A stretch of 64,000 nt of DNA from an uncultured Myxococcales bacterium (GTDB lineage Bacteria > Desulfobacterota > Binatia > UBA1149 > CAITLU01): positions 16,529 to 80,528 of the forward strand of contig CAYYZO010000006.1 of the NCBI GenBank assembly GCA_964476185.1, given 5' to 3'. Shown one piece after another: positions 52,543-63,420 of this stretch. A program made the translations under genes and the position numbers. How positions within the stretch are numbered: the stretch's first letter is position 1; each line of letters starts with the position of its first letter. The notes beneath the pieces were generated by a model. The model made no database searches and had not been told where the DNA came from. It was given only the letters and a program-made list of their open reading frames with translations.

Positions 52543-54105
52543 GTGGAACGCGGTTTGAAGTGGCGGCTCGTCACCGTGCTGGCCAGCCTGGCGATCGGCC
52601 TGGTGGCGCTGGTGCCCAATTTCACGGCGGATCTGCCGGATTGGTGGAAAGTCGTGCTGCCGAGCCAGCCGATTTCCCTCGGCCTGGACCTTCGCGGCGG
52701 CATCCATCTGGTGCTCGAGGTGCAGGCGGACAAGGCGGTCGAGAATCACGTTGACGCGCTGATCGAGCAGCTTCGCCGGGACGCGCGCGAGGACGAGATC
52801 GCCACGCGGGACTGGAAGCGCGACGGCATGGACACGCTCTCCTTCACCGTCGTCGGCGACGGGAAGGCGGCCGCGATGCAGAAGCTCGTTGCCGACCGGT
52901 ACCCGGTTCTCGTCCCGGCCTCCGGGGCGGAAGGCGGGCTGCGCTATCGCATGGCCGAGGACGAGGTGAAGGGCATCAAGGACCTCGCCGTCGACCAGGC
53001 GCTCGAGACGATCCGGAATCGCGTCGACGAGTTCGGGGTCGCCGAGCCGACGATCCAGCGCAGCGGGAGCGACGGCATCCTGATCCAGCTTCCGGGCGTC
53101 CAGGACCCGGCGCGCGCGAAGGCCCTGATCGGCAAGACCGCGCAGCTCGAGTTCATCATGCTGGCCGACGATCCCAAGGCGCCGGGAGTACGACAGCTCA
53201 TCGGGTTCGAGACGGATCCGGTCACGCACACCGTTCGCGAGGTGCCGTACAGCGTCGAGCCGACGGTGCTGATGACGGGGGAAGTTATCTCCGACGCCAG
53301 GCATCGCCCGGGCCAGCTCGGGGAGGCGCCCTACGTGCAGGTGACGCTGACCTCCCAGGGCGCGTCCACGTTCGAGCGCATCACCGGCGAGAACGTCGGC
53401 AGGCGCATGGCCATCGTGCTCGACGGGAAGGTCCAGAGCGCGCCGGTCATCCAGGACCGGATCGGCGGGGGGCGCGCGGTGATCACCGGAAGCTTCACGC
53501 TCGACGAGGCCCGCGACCTCGCCCTGGTTTTGCGAGCCGGCGCCCTCCCGGCGCCGGTCGTCATCGCCGAGGAGCGAAGCGTCGGTCCGTCGCTCGGGCG
53601 CGACTCGATCGAGGCCGGCACGCGTTCGTTCCTGATCGGCGGCCTCGCCGTCATCGTGTTCATGGCGGCCTACTACCGCTTCGCCGGGGTCGTGGCCGAC
53701 CTCTCGCTCGTGCTCAACGTCGTGCTGCTGCTGGCCTGCCTCTCGGCGTTCCGCGGAACGCTGACGCTTCCCGGCATCGCCGGCGTGGTGCTCACGATCG
53801 GCATGGCCGTCGACGCGAACGTCCTCATCAACGAACGCGTCCGCGAGGAGATGCGGCGCGGCCACACGTCCCACGCGGCGCTCGAGGCCGGTTACCGTGA
53901 AGCGCTGCCGGCGATCCTGGACTCCAACATCACGACGTTCCTCGCCGGCCTCATCATGTTCCAGTTCGGGTCGGGTCCGGTGAAGGGCTTCGCGCTGACG
54001 TTGTGCATCGGCATCCTGACGACGGTGTACTCCGCGGTGTTCTGCTCGAAAACGCTCCACGAATTCATGGTCTGGCGAAATCCCAAGTCGCCGATCAGCA
54101 TCTGA
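52543..54105 (+). CDS. secD: protein translocase subunit SecD
   Basis: LGLDLRGGIHLVLEV..., a periplasmic domain and a C-terminal 6-TM bundle. Conserved yajC-secD-secF order. Confidence 0.9.
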   Translation: MERGLKWRLVTVLASLAIGLVALVPNFTADLPDWWKVVLPSQPISLGLDLRGGIHLVLEVQADKAVENHVDALIEQLRRDAREDEIATRDWKRDGMDTLSFTVVGDGKAAAMQKLVADRYPVLVPASGAEGGLRYRMAEDEVKGIKDLAVDQALETIRNRVDEFGVAEPTIQRSGSDGILIQLPGVQDPARAKALIGKTAQLEFIMLADDPKAPGVRQLIGFETDPVTHTVREVPYSVEPTVLMTGEVISDARHRPGQLGEAPYVQVTLTSQGASTFERITGENVGRRMAIVLDGKVQSAPVIQDRIGGGRAVITGSFTLDEARDLALVLRAGALPAPVVIAEERSVGPSLGRDSIEAGTRSFLIGGLAVIVFMAAYYRFAGVVADLSLVLNVVLLLACLSAFRGTLTLPGIAGVVLTIGMAVDANVLINERVREEMRRGHTSHAALEAGYREALPAILDSNITTFLAGLIMFQFGSGPVKGFALTLCIGILTTVYSAVFCSKTLHEFMVWRNPKSPISI

Positions 54106-54119
54106 GGCCGGGGTTCGAG

Positions 54120-55052
54120 ATGTTCGAGCTGATCAAGCCCAATACCAACATCGATTTCATGCGACTGCGGCCGTATGCGTTCGCGTTCTCGGCCCTCCTG
54201 ACGATTCTCGGGGTCGTCGCGCTCGTTGCTCGCGGCGGACCGAACTACGGCGTCGACTTCACCGGCGGCGTGATGCTCCACATCGCGGTCGACCCGGCCG
54301 TCGGGATCTCCGAGCTGCGCTCGGCGGTCGACGAGCTCGGTCCGGAGGCCGCGGGCGCTTCCGTGCAGGACTTCGGCAACGCGAAGGGCGAGTACCTCGT
54401 GCGCCTCCCGACCGCCGAGGAGAACTTCGAGCAGAAGTCGGTCGCGCATCTGCATGACGCCCTGGCGAATCGCTTCGCGGCCAAAGGCTACCGGGAACTC
54501 CGGACCGAGATCGTCGGGCCGCGCGTCGGCAGCGACCTTCGTCGGCGCGGCGTGCTGTCGGTGATCTTGTCGGCGCTGGTGATGGGCGCCTTCATCGCGT
54601 TCCGCTTTGACGCCCGCTTCGGGCTCGGCGCGGCTCTGGCGCTGCTCCACGACGTGCTCGTCGTGGTGGGGGCGCTGGCGCTGACGAACACCGAGGTGGA
54701 CCTGACGGTCGTCGCCGGTCTTCTGACGGTCGTGGGCTACTCCGTGAACGACACCGTGGTCGTCTCGGACCGCATCCGCGAGAACATGCACCACAGCCAG
54801 AAGGAAGAGATCGGCCACCTGATCAATCGCAGCCTCAACGAGACGCTGTCGCGCACGGTCCTTACCGGCGGCACGACGCTGCTGGTGCTGGTCGTGCTGT
54901 TCTTCCTCGGGGGCGGCGTCATCCACGGTTTCGCGTTCACGCTGATCGTCGGGATCCTGATCGGCACGTACTCGTCGATCTTCATCGCGAGCCCGATCGT
55001 CGAGATGTGGAAGGGCGGCGCCTCGTCGTCCCTGAGCAAGTCCAAGGCCTGA
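54120..55052 (+). CDS. secF: protein translocase subunit SecF
   Basis: MFELIKPNTNIDFMRLRPYAFAFSALL...GVDFTGG...YSVNDTVVVSDRIREN. Confidence 0.9.
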   Translation: MFELIKPNTNIDFMRLRPYAFAFSALLTILGVVALVARGGPNYGVDFTGGVMLHIAVDPAVGISELRSAVDELGPEAAGASVQDFGNAKGEYLVRLPTAEENFEQKSVAHLHDALANRFAAKGYRELRTEIVGPRVGSDLRRRGVLSVILSALVMGAFIAFRFDARFGLGAALALLHDVLVVVGALALTNTEVDLTVVAGLLTVVGYSVNDTVVVSDRIRENMHHSQKEEIGHLINRSLNETLSRTVLTGGTTLLVLVVLFFLGGGVIHGFAFTLIVGILIGTYSSIFIASPIVEMWKGGASSSLSKSKA

Positions 55053-55068
55053 CGGGAAGGGCGGCCTC

Positions 55069-55800
55069 ATGCGAACCAAGCCTGGTCGAACGCCCGGTGG
55101 GGCGAGGAAAGGGGATGGGCGCGGCCGGCGCGAGCGCGTGAACACGCGCAAGACGCGCGTCGAGTTGCCGCACCACAGTCGCATCTATTCGGACCTGGCG
55201 GGCCTGTACGACCACGTGTTCACCCGCGTCTTTCGCCGGCGCATCGACCAGGTCGTCAAGGGCCTGCGGATCCCGGATGGCGCCAAGGTGCTCGAGGTCG
55301 GCATCGGCACGGGCCTCTCGGTCGACGCCTACCCGCCGCACGCCGACGTGATCGGGATCGACCTGTCGCAGGACATGCTCGACCACGCGGCCCAGAAAAT
55401 GGACCCGCTGCGGCACGGGCACATCCGCCTCCAGCAGGGCGATGCGCTGAATCTCGACTTTCCGGACGAGACCTTCGACTTCGTGACGGCGTTCCACGTG
55501 ATCACCGTGGTTCCCGACCCGAAGCGGATGCTCGAGGAGATGGTGCGCGTCTGCCGTCCGGGCGGGAAGATCGTGATCATCAACCACTTCTCGAGCGAGC
55601 GGGCACTGATCCGTTTCGTCGTGGACCGTGTCGACGCGATCACTCGCCACCTGGGCTGGAGCACGAAGCTGAGGCTGCAGGACGTGCTGGATCCGGGCGT
55701 CCTCGTGCTCGAGAAGCGCTACAAGACCAAGCCGTGGTCGCTGTTCACGATCGTCGAGGCCCGCAAGCTCGAAGACGAGCTTCCCGGCCGCACGCGCTGA
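55069..55800 (+). CDS. class I SAM-dependent methyltransferase (UbiE/PmtA-like)
   Basis: Motif I VLEVGIGTGL and post-I DVIGIDLSQDML. The N-terminal 30 aa are basic and low-complexity; the true start may be TTG 55165. Confidence 0.7.
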   Translation: MRTKPGRTPGGARKGDGRGRRERVNTRKTRVELPHHSRIYSDLAGLYDHVFTRVFRRRIDQVVKGLRIPDGAKVLEVGIGTGLSVDAYPPHADVIGIDLSQDMLDHAAQKMDPLRHGHIRLQQGDALNLDFPDETFDFVTAFHVITVVPDPKRMLEEMVRVCRPGGKIVIINHFSSERALIRFVVDRVDAITRHLGWSTKLRLQDVLDPGVLVLEKRYKTKPWSLFTIVEARKLEDELPGRTR

Positions 55801-55839
55801 GCAGGCGGGTCGCGGCGGCGCGGCCCGCGCGAGGCCCGG

Positions 55840-56859
<1,020 letters not shown>

Positions 56860-56949
56860 TCGCGCAGCGTGAGTTGCGACGCGCGCGGGGTCAAGCTGGC
56901 ATTCTGCCGGCCGCGAAAGGTCGCGGTCGATGCGCGAGCGGGCGTCTCG

Positions 56950-58050
56950 TCACTCGCGAGCAGCAGCGGCCGTGGCGATCGCATCCGCGAGTTCGCGCTG
57001 AACCGGCGGCACGGCTTCGCGTCGCAGCGCCGCGTCGAGCGCGAGCCGTGCTTCGGAGCCCGCGACGGTGGCAAGACGGCCCAGCGCCCACGCCGCATGG
57101 GCGCGCACGAGCGGCTCGTCGTGGCCCAGCGCACGGGCGAGGGGAGCCACTGCGTCCGGGTTGCCGGTGTTGCCGAGCACGACCGCGGCGTTGCGGGCGA
57201 GGCCGCGGCGCTTGGGTCGCAGGAGGGCGGTGCCCGCGAAACGCTCGCGGAACTCCGCATCGCTCATCTCGAGCCACGCCGGAAGCCACGGATCCTGCTG
57301 CGGGTGCGGTTCGCGCTCGGGCTCGTTCCAGGGGCAGACATCCTGGCACGCGTCGCAGCCGAACACCCAGTTCCCGACACGCTCGCGCAGCGCGCGAGGA
57401 ATCGGGCCGCGATGTTCGATGGTCAGGTACGAGATGCAGAGCCGCGCGTCGATCGTCGGCCCGTCGTCGAGCGCGCCGGTCGGGCAGGCCGGGATGCAGG
57501 CGCGACAGGTGCCGCAGTGCGACGCCTCGAACGGCGGATCCGGCTCGAGTTGCGCGGTGGTGACGAGCGCGCCGAGCACGAACCCGGACCCGAGTCCCGG
57601 CCGCAGCAGGTTCGTGTTGCGGCCATACCAGCCGATTCCGGCTCTTCGGGCGAGTTCCTTCTCGACGAGCGGGCCGCCGTCGACGTGGACGACCGCCTCG
57701 GCGCCGGTCGCCTCGCGCAGCCATTCGGCCAGTTGCTCGAGGCGCCCGGCCACGTGCGCGTGGTAGTCGCCGCCGAGCGCATACGCCGCGACGCGGCCCC
57801 GCAGTTCCTCGCGCCATCGCGCCGGAGCCGGCAGCGCGACGGCGTACGCCGACGCCACGACGACCGCGGAGCGGGCCCCTTCGAGAGCGAGCGAGGGGCG
57901 AAGCCGACGCTCGTGCTTCTCCGCGAGGTACTGCATGTCCCCGTGACGGCCGGCGGCGAGCCACTCGGACAGCAGGGGGCCGCAGGCCAGGTCCTCGGCG
58001 GTCGTGATCCCGCAGGCGGCGAAGCCGAGAGCCGCGGCCCGACGCCGCAC
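56950..58050 (-). CDS. queG: tRNA epoxyqueuosine(34) reductase
   Basis: Cobalamin/4Fe-4S region HCGTCRACIPACPTGAL...CISYLTIEHRG...GCDACQDVCPWN plus C-terminal HEAT-like repeats. GTG 58050 is chosen because the longer track ORF would overlap the divergent iscA-like start. Confidence 0.75.
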   Translation of the reverse strand: MRRRAAALGFAACGITTAEDLACGPLLSEWLAAGRHGDMQYLAEKHERRLRPSLALEGARSAVVVASAYAVALPAPARWREELRGRVAAYALGGDYHAHVAGRLEQLAEWLREATGAEAVVHVDGGPLVEKELARRAGIGWYGRNTNLLRPGLGSGFVLGALVTTAQLEPDPPFEASHCGTCRACIPACPTGALDDGPTIDARLCISYLTIEHRGPIPRALRERVGNWVFGCDACQDVCPWNEPEREPHPQQDPWLPAWLEMSDAEFRERFAGTALLRPKRRGLARNAAVVLGNTGNPDAVAPLARALGHDEPLVRAHAAWALGRLATVAGSEARLALDAALRREAVPPVQRELADAIATAAAARE

Positions 58051-58158
58051 CTCGGCTTCGAAGGGCCGGTGGTCGTCGGGCGCGCCGTCGTTCCGATCGA
58101 CTGCGTTGCGCGCGCCGGCTCCAGTGTTAGAGTCGTCGTCTCTCAACGGAGAGCCGCA

Positions 58159-58506
58159 ATGACAGATCGCATCGTCGAACTCACACCACTGGCCGTCGAG
58201 CGGGTTCTGGCCGCACGCTCCGAGGAAGGACACCCGGCCGACGCCGGCCTGAGGCTGGCCGTCGTGAAGGGCGGCTGTTCAGGCTACGAGTATTCCGTGA
58301 AGTTCGTGCCTGAACCGGACCGAAACGACTACGTTTTCGAGGTCGGCGGGCTTCGCGTGTTCGTCGATCGCGACAGCGAGCGCCTGCTGCGCGGCACGGT
58401 CCTCGACTACGTCGACGGTCTGCACGGCGCCGGCCTCCGGTTCGTGAACCCGAACGCGGGGCACGACTGCGGTTGCGGCGCATCGTTCGCTGCCGCCGAA
58501 GGCTGA
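58159..58506 (+). CDS. iron-sulfur cluster insertion protein (IscA/SufA/ErpA HesB family)
   Basis: GLRLAVVKGGCSGYEYSVKF...VNPNAGHDCGCGASFAAAEG carries the conserved Cys triad. Confidence 0.85.
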   Translation: MTDRIVELTPLAVERVLAARSEEGHPADAGLRLAVVKGGCSGYEYSVKFVPEPDRNDYVFEVGGLRVFVDRDSERLLRGTVLDYVDGLHGAGLRFVNPNAGHDCGCGASFAAAEG

Positions 58507-59609
58507 GCAGCACCATCTCCCCCTCGCGCCGGCACCAGCGGATCGCGGTCTACGTCTCCGCCCACGGGATGGGGCACGCGGTTCGCGCCGCGGCAGTGAT
58601 CGAACGACTCCGTCTTCTCGCTCCCTTGAAGGTCACCGTCCTGGCCGACCGCGAGCGCGGCGTGTGGCCCCTGCGACTCCAGGATGCGATAGCGGCCTGG
58701 CACCGGCTGCCTTGCGATGTCGGGGTCATCCAGAGCGACGACGTCACGGTCGACCGGGTCGCGACCGGGGCGGCGCTGGATCGCTGGCTCGCCGACCTTC
58801 CCGCCATCGTCGAACGAGAGCGACGGCGCCTCGAAGGGCACTTCGACCTGGTGATCGGGGATGTGCCGTCTCCCGCGTTCGAGGCGGCGGAACTTGCGAA
58901 AATTCCAGCATTTGCGGTCGCAAACTTCAGCTGGGACTGGATTTATTCCGAGCTCGGATTCCCGGACGCGGCCCGTGCCGCGGGGGAGGGCTACCGCCAC
59001 GCGACCCTGCTGCTCGAGGCGAGCCCGAGCGCGCCGATGCCTTCGTTTCCCAGACGAAAGCCGGTCGGTCTGGTCGCGCGCGAGCCGTCGACCGGTCGGG
59101 ACGCGGCCCGTTCCCGCCTCGGCCTGAAGACTGGGGAGTCGCTGGTCCTGCTCGCGTTCCAGCCTGTGTCCGCGCCACAGGTACGGTTGCCGACGCCGCG
59201 GCCCGGGCGACTTTTCCTCGTGCCGGCGGGCTGGATCGGCGAGACCCGCGGCGATCTTCGCGAACTGCCCGAAGAACTTGGCTTCCTCGAGGCCATTGCC
59301 GCCGCCGATGTCGTCGTCGGCAAGCCCGGCTACGGACTGATCGGGGACATCGAGGCCGCCGGGGCGCGGTTCCTGTACGTGCCGCGCCCGGGGTTTCCCG
59401 AGAACGAGGTTCTCGAGCGGCACCTCGCCGCGCGCGGTGGCACCGCGTCCCTGGCGGCGGCGCGACTTGCGGAGGGGCACTGGGGAGACGAACTCGGTGA
59501 ACTCGAGGCCTACGAGTCTCCGCGTCCGGCGGACGCCGGCGGCGCTGCGGTCGTCGCCGGGGAGATCGCGTCCGCGCTGGGAATCGACTCCGGTGGCGCG
59601 ACGGACTAG
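58473..59609 (+). CDS. putative GT-B fold glycosyltransferase-like protein (MurG/GT28-like N-terminus, HGxGH motif)
   Basis: IAVYVSAHGMGHAVRAAAVIERL. TTG start at 58473 overlaps the iscA-like 3' end by 34 nt. No ATG or GTG exists before the conserved region. Confidence 0.4.
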   Translation: MRRIVRCRRRLSSTISPSRRHQRIAVYVSAHGMGHAVRAAAVIERLRLLAPLKVTVLADRERGVWPLRLQDAIAAWHRLPCDVGVIQSDDVTVDRVATGAALDRWLADLPAIVERERRRLEGHFDLVIGDVPSPAFEAAELAKIPAFAVANFSWDWIYSELGFPDAARAAGEGYRHATLLLEASPSAPMPSFPRRKPVGLVAREPSTGRDAARSRLGLKTGESLVLLAFQPVSAPQVRLPTPRPGRLFLVPAGWIGETRGDLRELPEELGFLEAIAAADVVVGKPGYGLIGDIEAAGARFLYVPRPGFPENEVLERHLAARGGTASLAAARLAEGHWGDELGELEAYESPRPADAGGAAVVAGEIASALGIDSGGATD

Positions 59610-59618
59610 CGTCGCGCC

Positions 59619-60152
59619 GTGTCCTCTCCTGTCGCGCCAACCTCGCTGAACGGGAACGCCGCCGACTCCGGCGCGACGTCCATGCCATCCGGTCGAGCCC
59701 CGGCCTGGTCGGTATCGGTGTTGATCACCAGCGTCGCACTCTGGATCGGCGCGGCCGTGTACCTGTCCGCCGGCGTGCTTCCGCTGCTGTTCATGAACCT
59801 CGAGCCGGCCGAAGCCGGCCGCATCGCGGCGCTCGTGTTTCCGCTCTATTTCCGTGCGGGGCTCGCGCTCGGCCTCGTCGCGACGCTGGCAGCCGCGGTC
59901 GTGGCCCGCGGCGGCGGGCGTCGATGGGCCGGGGTCATGGCGTTGCTGGCGGCGATGACGCTGGCGCAGGGATGGTCGGCCGTCGTGGTCCACCCGGAGA
60001 TGGCGGCGATCCGCGGAGTCGAGGCGGAACTCGCGCGCTTCCAGCAACTGCACGCCCTGTCCGTCCGCTTGAACTCGATCGTGCTGTTCGGCGGCGGGCT
60101 GCTGCTCGTCGGTTCCGGCTTCCTGTTCTCTCGCAACCGTGGCCGTTCCTGA
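59619..60152 (+). CDS. DUF4149-like small membrane protein (4 TM)
   Basis: TM helices WSVSVLITSVALWIGAAVYLSAGVLPLLF etc. GTG 59619; an alternative ATG at 59682 (MPSGRAPAW) is equally plausible. Confidence 0.5.
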   Translation: MSSPVAPTSLNGNAADSGATSMPSGRAPAWSVSVLITSVALWIGAAVYLSAGVLPLLFMNLEPAEAGRIAALVFPLYFRAGLALGLVATLAAAVVARGGGRRWAGVMALLAAMTLAQGWSAVVVHPEMAAIRGVEAELARFQQLHALSVRLNSIVLFGGGLLLVGSGFLFSRNRGRS

Positions 60153-60891
60153 AGCCCTCGTCTTCGACCTGTTCGGCACGCTCGTCTTCTTCGACGACAC
60201 GCGCGTGCCCTGGGTGGAAGTCGCAGGGCGACGCATGCCGGGCACGGTGGCGAGCCTGCCGCAGCTGCTGGCCGAGGCGCTGCCGGGCTGCGAGCCTCGG
60301 GCGTTCCTCCAGGGCCTCGCGCGCGTGAGCGCCGCGATCGCGGAGCAGAAGAGCCGCGAGGGCATCGAACTTCACAGTTCGGTGCGCTTCGAGCGCACGC
60401 TCGTCGAACTCGGCGCGGAGGCCGCCGTGGCGGCGTCGGTCGCGAAGAGGATGGCGGCGGAACACATGGACGCCCTCGCGCGAGCGATCGTCTGCCCTCC
60501 GGGTCGCGCCGACCTGCTGCGCGACCTTTCCCGCGCCCATCGTCTCGCGCTGCTCTCGAACTTCGACGACGGCGCGACGGGACGGCGCATCCTCGCGGAA
60601 GCGGGCTTGCTCGACGCGTTCGAAGTCGTGGTGATCTCGGAAGAAGAGGGGATCCGGAAACCCGCCGGAGAAATCTTCGCGCGAACCTGCGGGCGCCTCG
60701 GCGTGGCTCCCGGCGACTGCCTGTATCTCGGGGACACTCTCGTCGAGGACATCGAGGGCGCGACCGCGGCCGGCTTGCGCGCGCTGTGGGTCGGGTCGTC
60801 GGCCGGCAGCCGGGAATCGCCGGCCGTCGGCGTGCTCGCGGACGTTGCGGCGCTGCCCGGGTGGCTCGCGCACGAGCGACGCCGGGAATGA
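60139..60891 (+). CDS. HAD-superfamily hydrolase, subfamily IA
   Basis: Motif I LVFDLFGTLV, motif II LLSNFD, and motifs III/IV ...LYLGDTLVEDIEGA. Confidence 0.75.
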   Translation: MAVPEALVFDLFGTLVFFDDTRVPWVEVAGRRMPGTVASLPQLLAEALPGCEPRAFLQGLARVSAAIAEQKSREGIELHSSVRFERTLVELGAEAAVAASVAKRMAAEHMDALARAIVCPPGRADLLRDLSRAHRLALLSNFDDGATGRRILAEAGLLDAFEVVVISEEEGIRKPAGEIFARTCGRLGVAPGDCLYLGDTLVEDIEGATAAGLRALWVGSSAGSRESPAVGVLADVAALPGWLAHERRRE

Positions 60892-60894
60892 GGT

Positions 60895-61713
60895 TCAGGC
60901 CGGTCGTGGACGCGCGTTGCGACGCAGGACGGTGATGAACCCGGTGTGCGCGACCATGCGATGGTCGGGCCGCATGCTCACGGCGTCGACGTGCCATCGG
61001 CGCTCGAGCACCTCGAAGGTTTCCGCCTGGCCGAGGTCGTCGCGGTCGCGCACGGCGTCGTGGATCGCCTTGACCTGCAGCACCGTCGGCGCGAACGCGA
61101 CCAGGATGCCGCCGTCGCGAAGCGCAGCGGCCGCCGACGGCAGCACCGAGACCACGTCCGGGACGTCGATCACGATCCGATCGACGTCCTGTTCGTCGAG
61201 ACCGGAGGCGGCGTCGCGCACGCGGATCGTCCACCACGGCGTCTCGCCCTCGTAGCGCGCGACGTTTCGCCGCGCTTCCTCGGCGAAGTCCTCCCGGATC
61301 TCGTACGTGAAGAGCCGGCCGGTCGGCCCGACGCCGCGCAGCAGCGCCATCGACATCGCGCCGCAGCCCACGCCGATCTCGACGGCGGTCTGGCCCGGAC
61401 GGATGTCGCCGCGCATCAGGATCAGGCCCGCGTCCTTGGCGAAGATCGGCTCGGCCGGTCGTTCGAACAGCGGCACCACCTCGGCGTAGCCGGGCCGGAA
61501 CACCTGGAACTCCTCCTCCCGGGGGCCGCCGCCGCCGCGGATCCACGAACCCTCGGGGAGGCCGATCAGCCGGTCGCACGCGAGGATCGAGGAGCGGATG
61601 GTGAGGCGATGGCCCGCCCGCAGGCGCTTCAGGTGCCGGCGGCCGCGGCGATCGACGAGCAGCACCGGGTCTCCGTCGGCGAGGGCAGCGCGAACTGGGG
61701 TGGGGCTGGCCAT
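60895..61713 (-). CDS. trmI: tRNA (adenine-N1)-methyltransferase (TrmI/GCD14 family)
   Basis: N-terminal beta-domain LLVDRRGRRHLKRLRAGHRL; Rossmann VEIGVGCGAMSMALL...DVDRIVIDVPD. ATG 61713. The upstream 70 aa of the track ORF are discarded. Confidence 0.8.
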   Translation of the reverse strand: MASPTPVRAALADGDPVLLVDRRGRRHLKRLRAGHRLTIRSSILACDRLIGLPEGSWIRGGGGPREEEFQVFRPGYAEVVPLFERPAEPIFAKDAGLILMRGDIRPGQTAVEIGVGCGAMSMALLRGVGPTGRLFTYEIREDFAEEARRNVARYEGETPWWTIRVRDAASGLDEQDVDRIVIDVPDVVSVLPSAAAALRDGGILVAFAPTVLQVKAIHDAVRDRDDLGQAETFEVLERRWHVDAVSMRPDHRMVAHTGFITVLRRNARPRPA

Positions 61714-61882
61714 GGCGGCGCCCCTTCGCGCATACGGCGGAGCGTTGCAACGGGCGTCGGGCTGACGCACGTCGTGTTGACTGCAAGGCCCGACCCGGTA
61801 GGATCCCGCGTTCCGCCGCGCACCCGTCCCTCGAGAGGGAGACGGCCTGCCGGTCCAGCTTACCCGGTCGCACGAGAGAGCC

Positions 61883-62050
61883 ATGGGCGCGAAGAAAGCC
61901 AAAACCGCACAGAAGACCTCCACACAGCAGAAGCACGCCTGTCCCGATTGCGGGGCCGAGGCCCGGATCGTGATGTACGCCGGATTCGGGGACCGTGGTC
62001 TCTTCTGGGTCTGCGAGAAGGCCTGCGGCTACAAGCAGCGCACTCGCTGA
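61883..62050 (+). CDS. small basic Cys4 zinc-ribbon protein (55 aa), absent from the six-frame track because it is under 60 aa
   Basis: MGAKKAKTAQKTSTQQKHACPDCGAEARIVMYAGFGDRGLFWVCEKACGYKQRTR translated by hand. GAGAGAG RBS before ATG 61883. CxxC...CxxxC ligands. Confidence 0.45.
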   Translation: MGAKKAKTAQKTSTQQKHACPDCGAEARIVMYAGFGDRGLFWVCEKACGYKQRTR

Positions 62051-62060
62051 GGCGTCCACG

Positions 62061-62525
62061 GTGGGGCGAGCGAAGAAGAAGGGGGCGTCGGGCAACGGCG
62101 AATTCAGTCTCTTCGACGACGGCGATACCTCCGATTCGGACGCCGACGAGGATCTTCCACGCGACGAAGCCGGTCGCGCGAAGATCAAGCACCAGTACGT
62201 CGACCTGCTCGGGATCCGGGTGCAGAAGCTCGCGGGGCGGATTCTCAACCGCGAGCGCATCAACAAGACGCTCGAGGGCATCTACTTCGTCTGCGTGAGC
62301 TGCAAGACGGTCTGTCACAATCTCGACGAAGGCCTCGTCGAGGATGCCGAGAACAAGGCCAACATCTGCACGCCGTGCTCCAGGCAGCCCTCCGAACCGG
62401 CCAAGGCGCCGGCCAGGAAGCCGGCAGCCGCGCGCGCGGACGACGATGCCGAGCGCGCCCCGGCCCGCAAGAAGGCCACGAAGTCGAAGCCCGCGGCCAA
62501 GGCCGCTCCGAAGAAAAAACGCTGA
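62061..62525 (+). CDS. zinc-finger protein with acidic N-region and Lys/Ala/Pro-rich histone H1-like C-terminal tail (putative nucleoid-associated / DNA-binding)
   Basis: GTG 62061. CVSCKTVCHNL...CTPC is a C4 finger. The tail is PAKAPARKPAAARADDDAERAPARKKATKSKPAAKAAPKKKR. Confidence 0.5.
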   Translation: MGRAKKKGASGNGEFSLFDDGDTSDSDADEDLPRDEAGRAKIKHQYVDLLGIRVQKLAGRILNRERINKTLEGIYFVCVSCKTVCHNLDEGLVEDAENKANICTPCSRQPSEPAKAPARKPAAARADDDAERAPARKKATKSKPAAKAAPKKKR

Positions 62526-62526
62526 G

Positions 62527-63420
62527 CTAGCGCGGCGACCGCCGCAGCAGCGCGAGGGCCCTGAGGAAGTCGCCCGGAGGACTCGCCGTCACGTCGATTT
62601 CGCCGGCGATCTCGACGCGCAGCGCGTGCAGCAGTTGTCCCTGCCGCGCGCAGCCGGCCAGCGGCTCTCCCCCATAGCGCTCGTCACCGAGGATCGGATG
62701 GCCGATCAGGGCCAGGTGGGCTCTCACCTGGTGCGTGACCCCGGTGCGCATCGTTGCGAGCACGAGCGTCCAGTCCCGACCGCTTTCGAGGGGCTCGAAG
62801 AGGGTCTCGGCTTCCATCGCCTCCCCGGCGGTAGCGTCGGCCGGGGCCACGCCCGATGCCCGCCTGGCCAGGGGCTGGTCGACGCGAACGATGCGTCGGA
62901 GCCTGCCGGAGGCCAGCGCGAGGTAGCTTTTCCTGGTCGCGCCGGCGGAGAACGCACGCCGCAGTCGCAACCAGGTGGCGCGATCCATCGCCGCGACCAC
63001 GGCTCCGGAGGTGTCGCGGTCGAGCCGGTGCACGAGTCCGCCCTCCGCAGCCCGGTCGCCGATCGAACCACGTTCCCCGAAGCGCTCCTCGAGCAGTTCC
63101 GCAACCGAACCGGCCGAGCGACCCTGCTCACAGTGGAGGCCGGCGGGCTTGTCGACGACGACGAGGCGGGGGTCCTCGTATACGATGCGGATCGCAAGCC
63201 GGGGAGGGGCGGCCGGAAGGTCGGCAGGCGGTTCGACCACGACCGTGCTGCCGGCGGGCGGAACATCGGAGCCCCTGCCGGTCCGTCCGTCGACCCGGAC
63301 GCGTCCGGCCTGCAGCCACTCGCGGACGAGCCGGCGGCCGCGACCCGTCGCGTCGGCGACGAGGCGGTCGAGTCGCTCTCCGGTGGGCGGCACGACGAAT
63401 CGAATCGCGTCTTCGGTCAC
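62527..63420 (-). CDS. RluA-family pseudouridine synthase (RluD/RluC-like)
   Basis: S4-like N-terminus RLDRLVADATGRGRRLVREWLQAGRVRVDG; catalytic HRLDRDTSG; ...RTGVTHQVRAHLALIGHPILGD. Confidence 0.85.
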   Translation of the reverse strand: MTEDAIRFVVPPTGERLDRLVADATGRGRRLVREWLQAGRVRVDGRTGRGSDVPPAGSTVVVEPPADLPAAPPRLAIRIVYEDPRLVVVDKPAGLHCEQGRSAGSVAELLEERFGERGSIGDRAAEGGLVHRLDRDTSGAVVAAMDRATWLRLRRAFSAGATRKSYLALASGRLRRIVRVDQPLARRASGVAPADATAGEAMEAETLFEPLESGRDWTLVLATMRTGVTHQVRAHLALIGHPILGDERYGGEPLAGCARQGQLLHALRVEIAGEIDVTASPPGDFLRALALLRRSPR

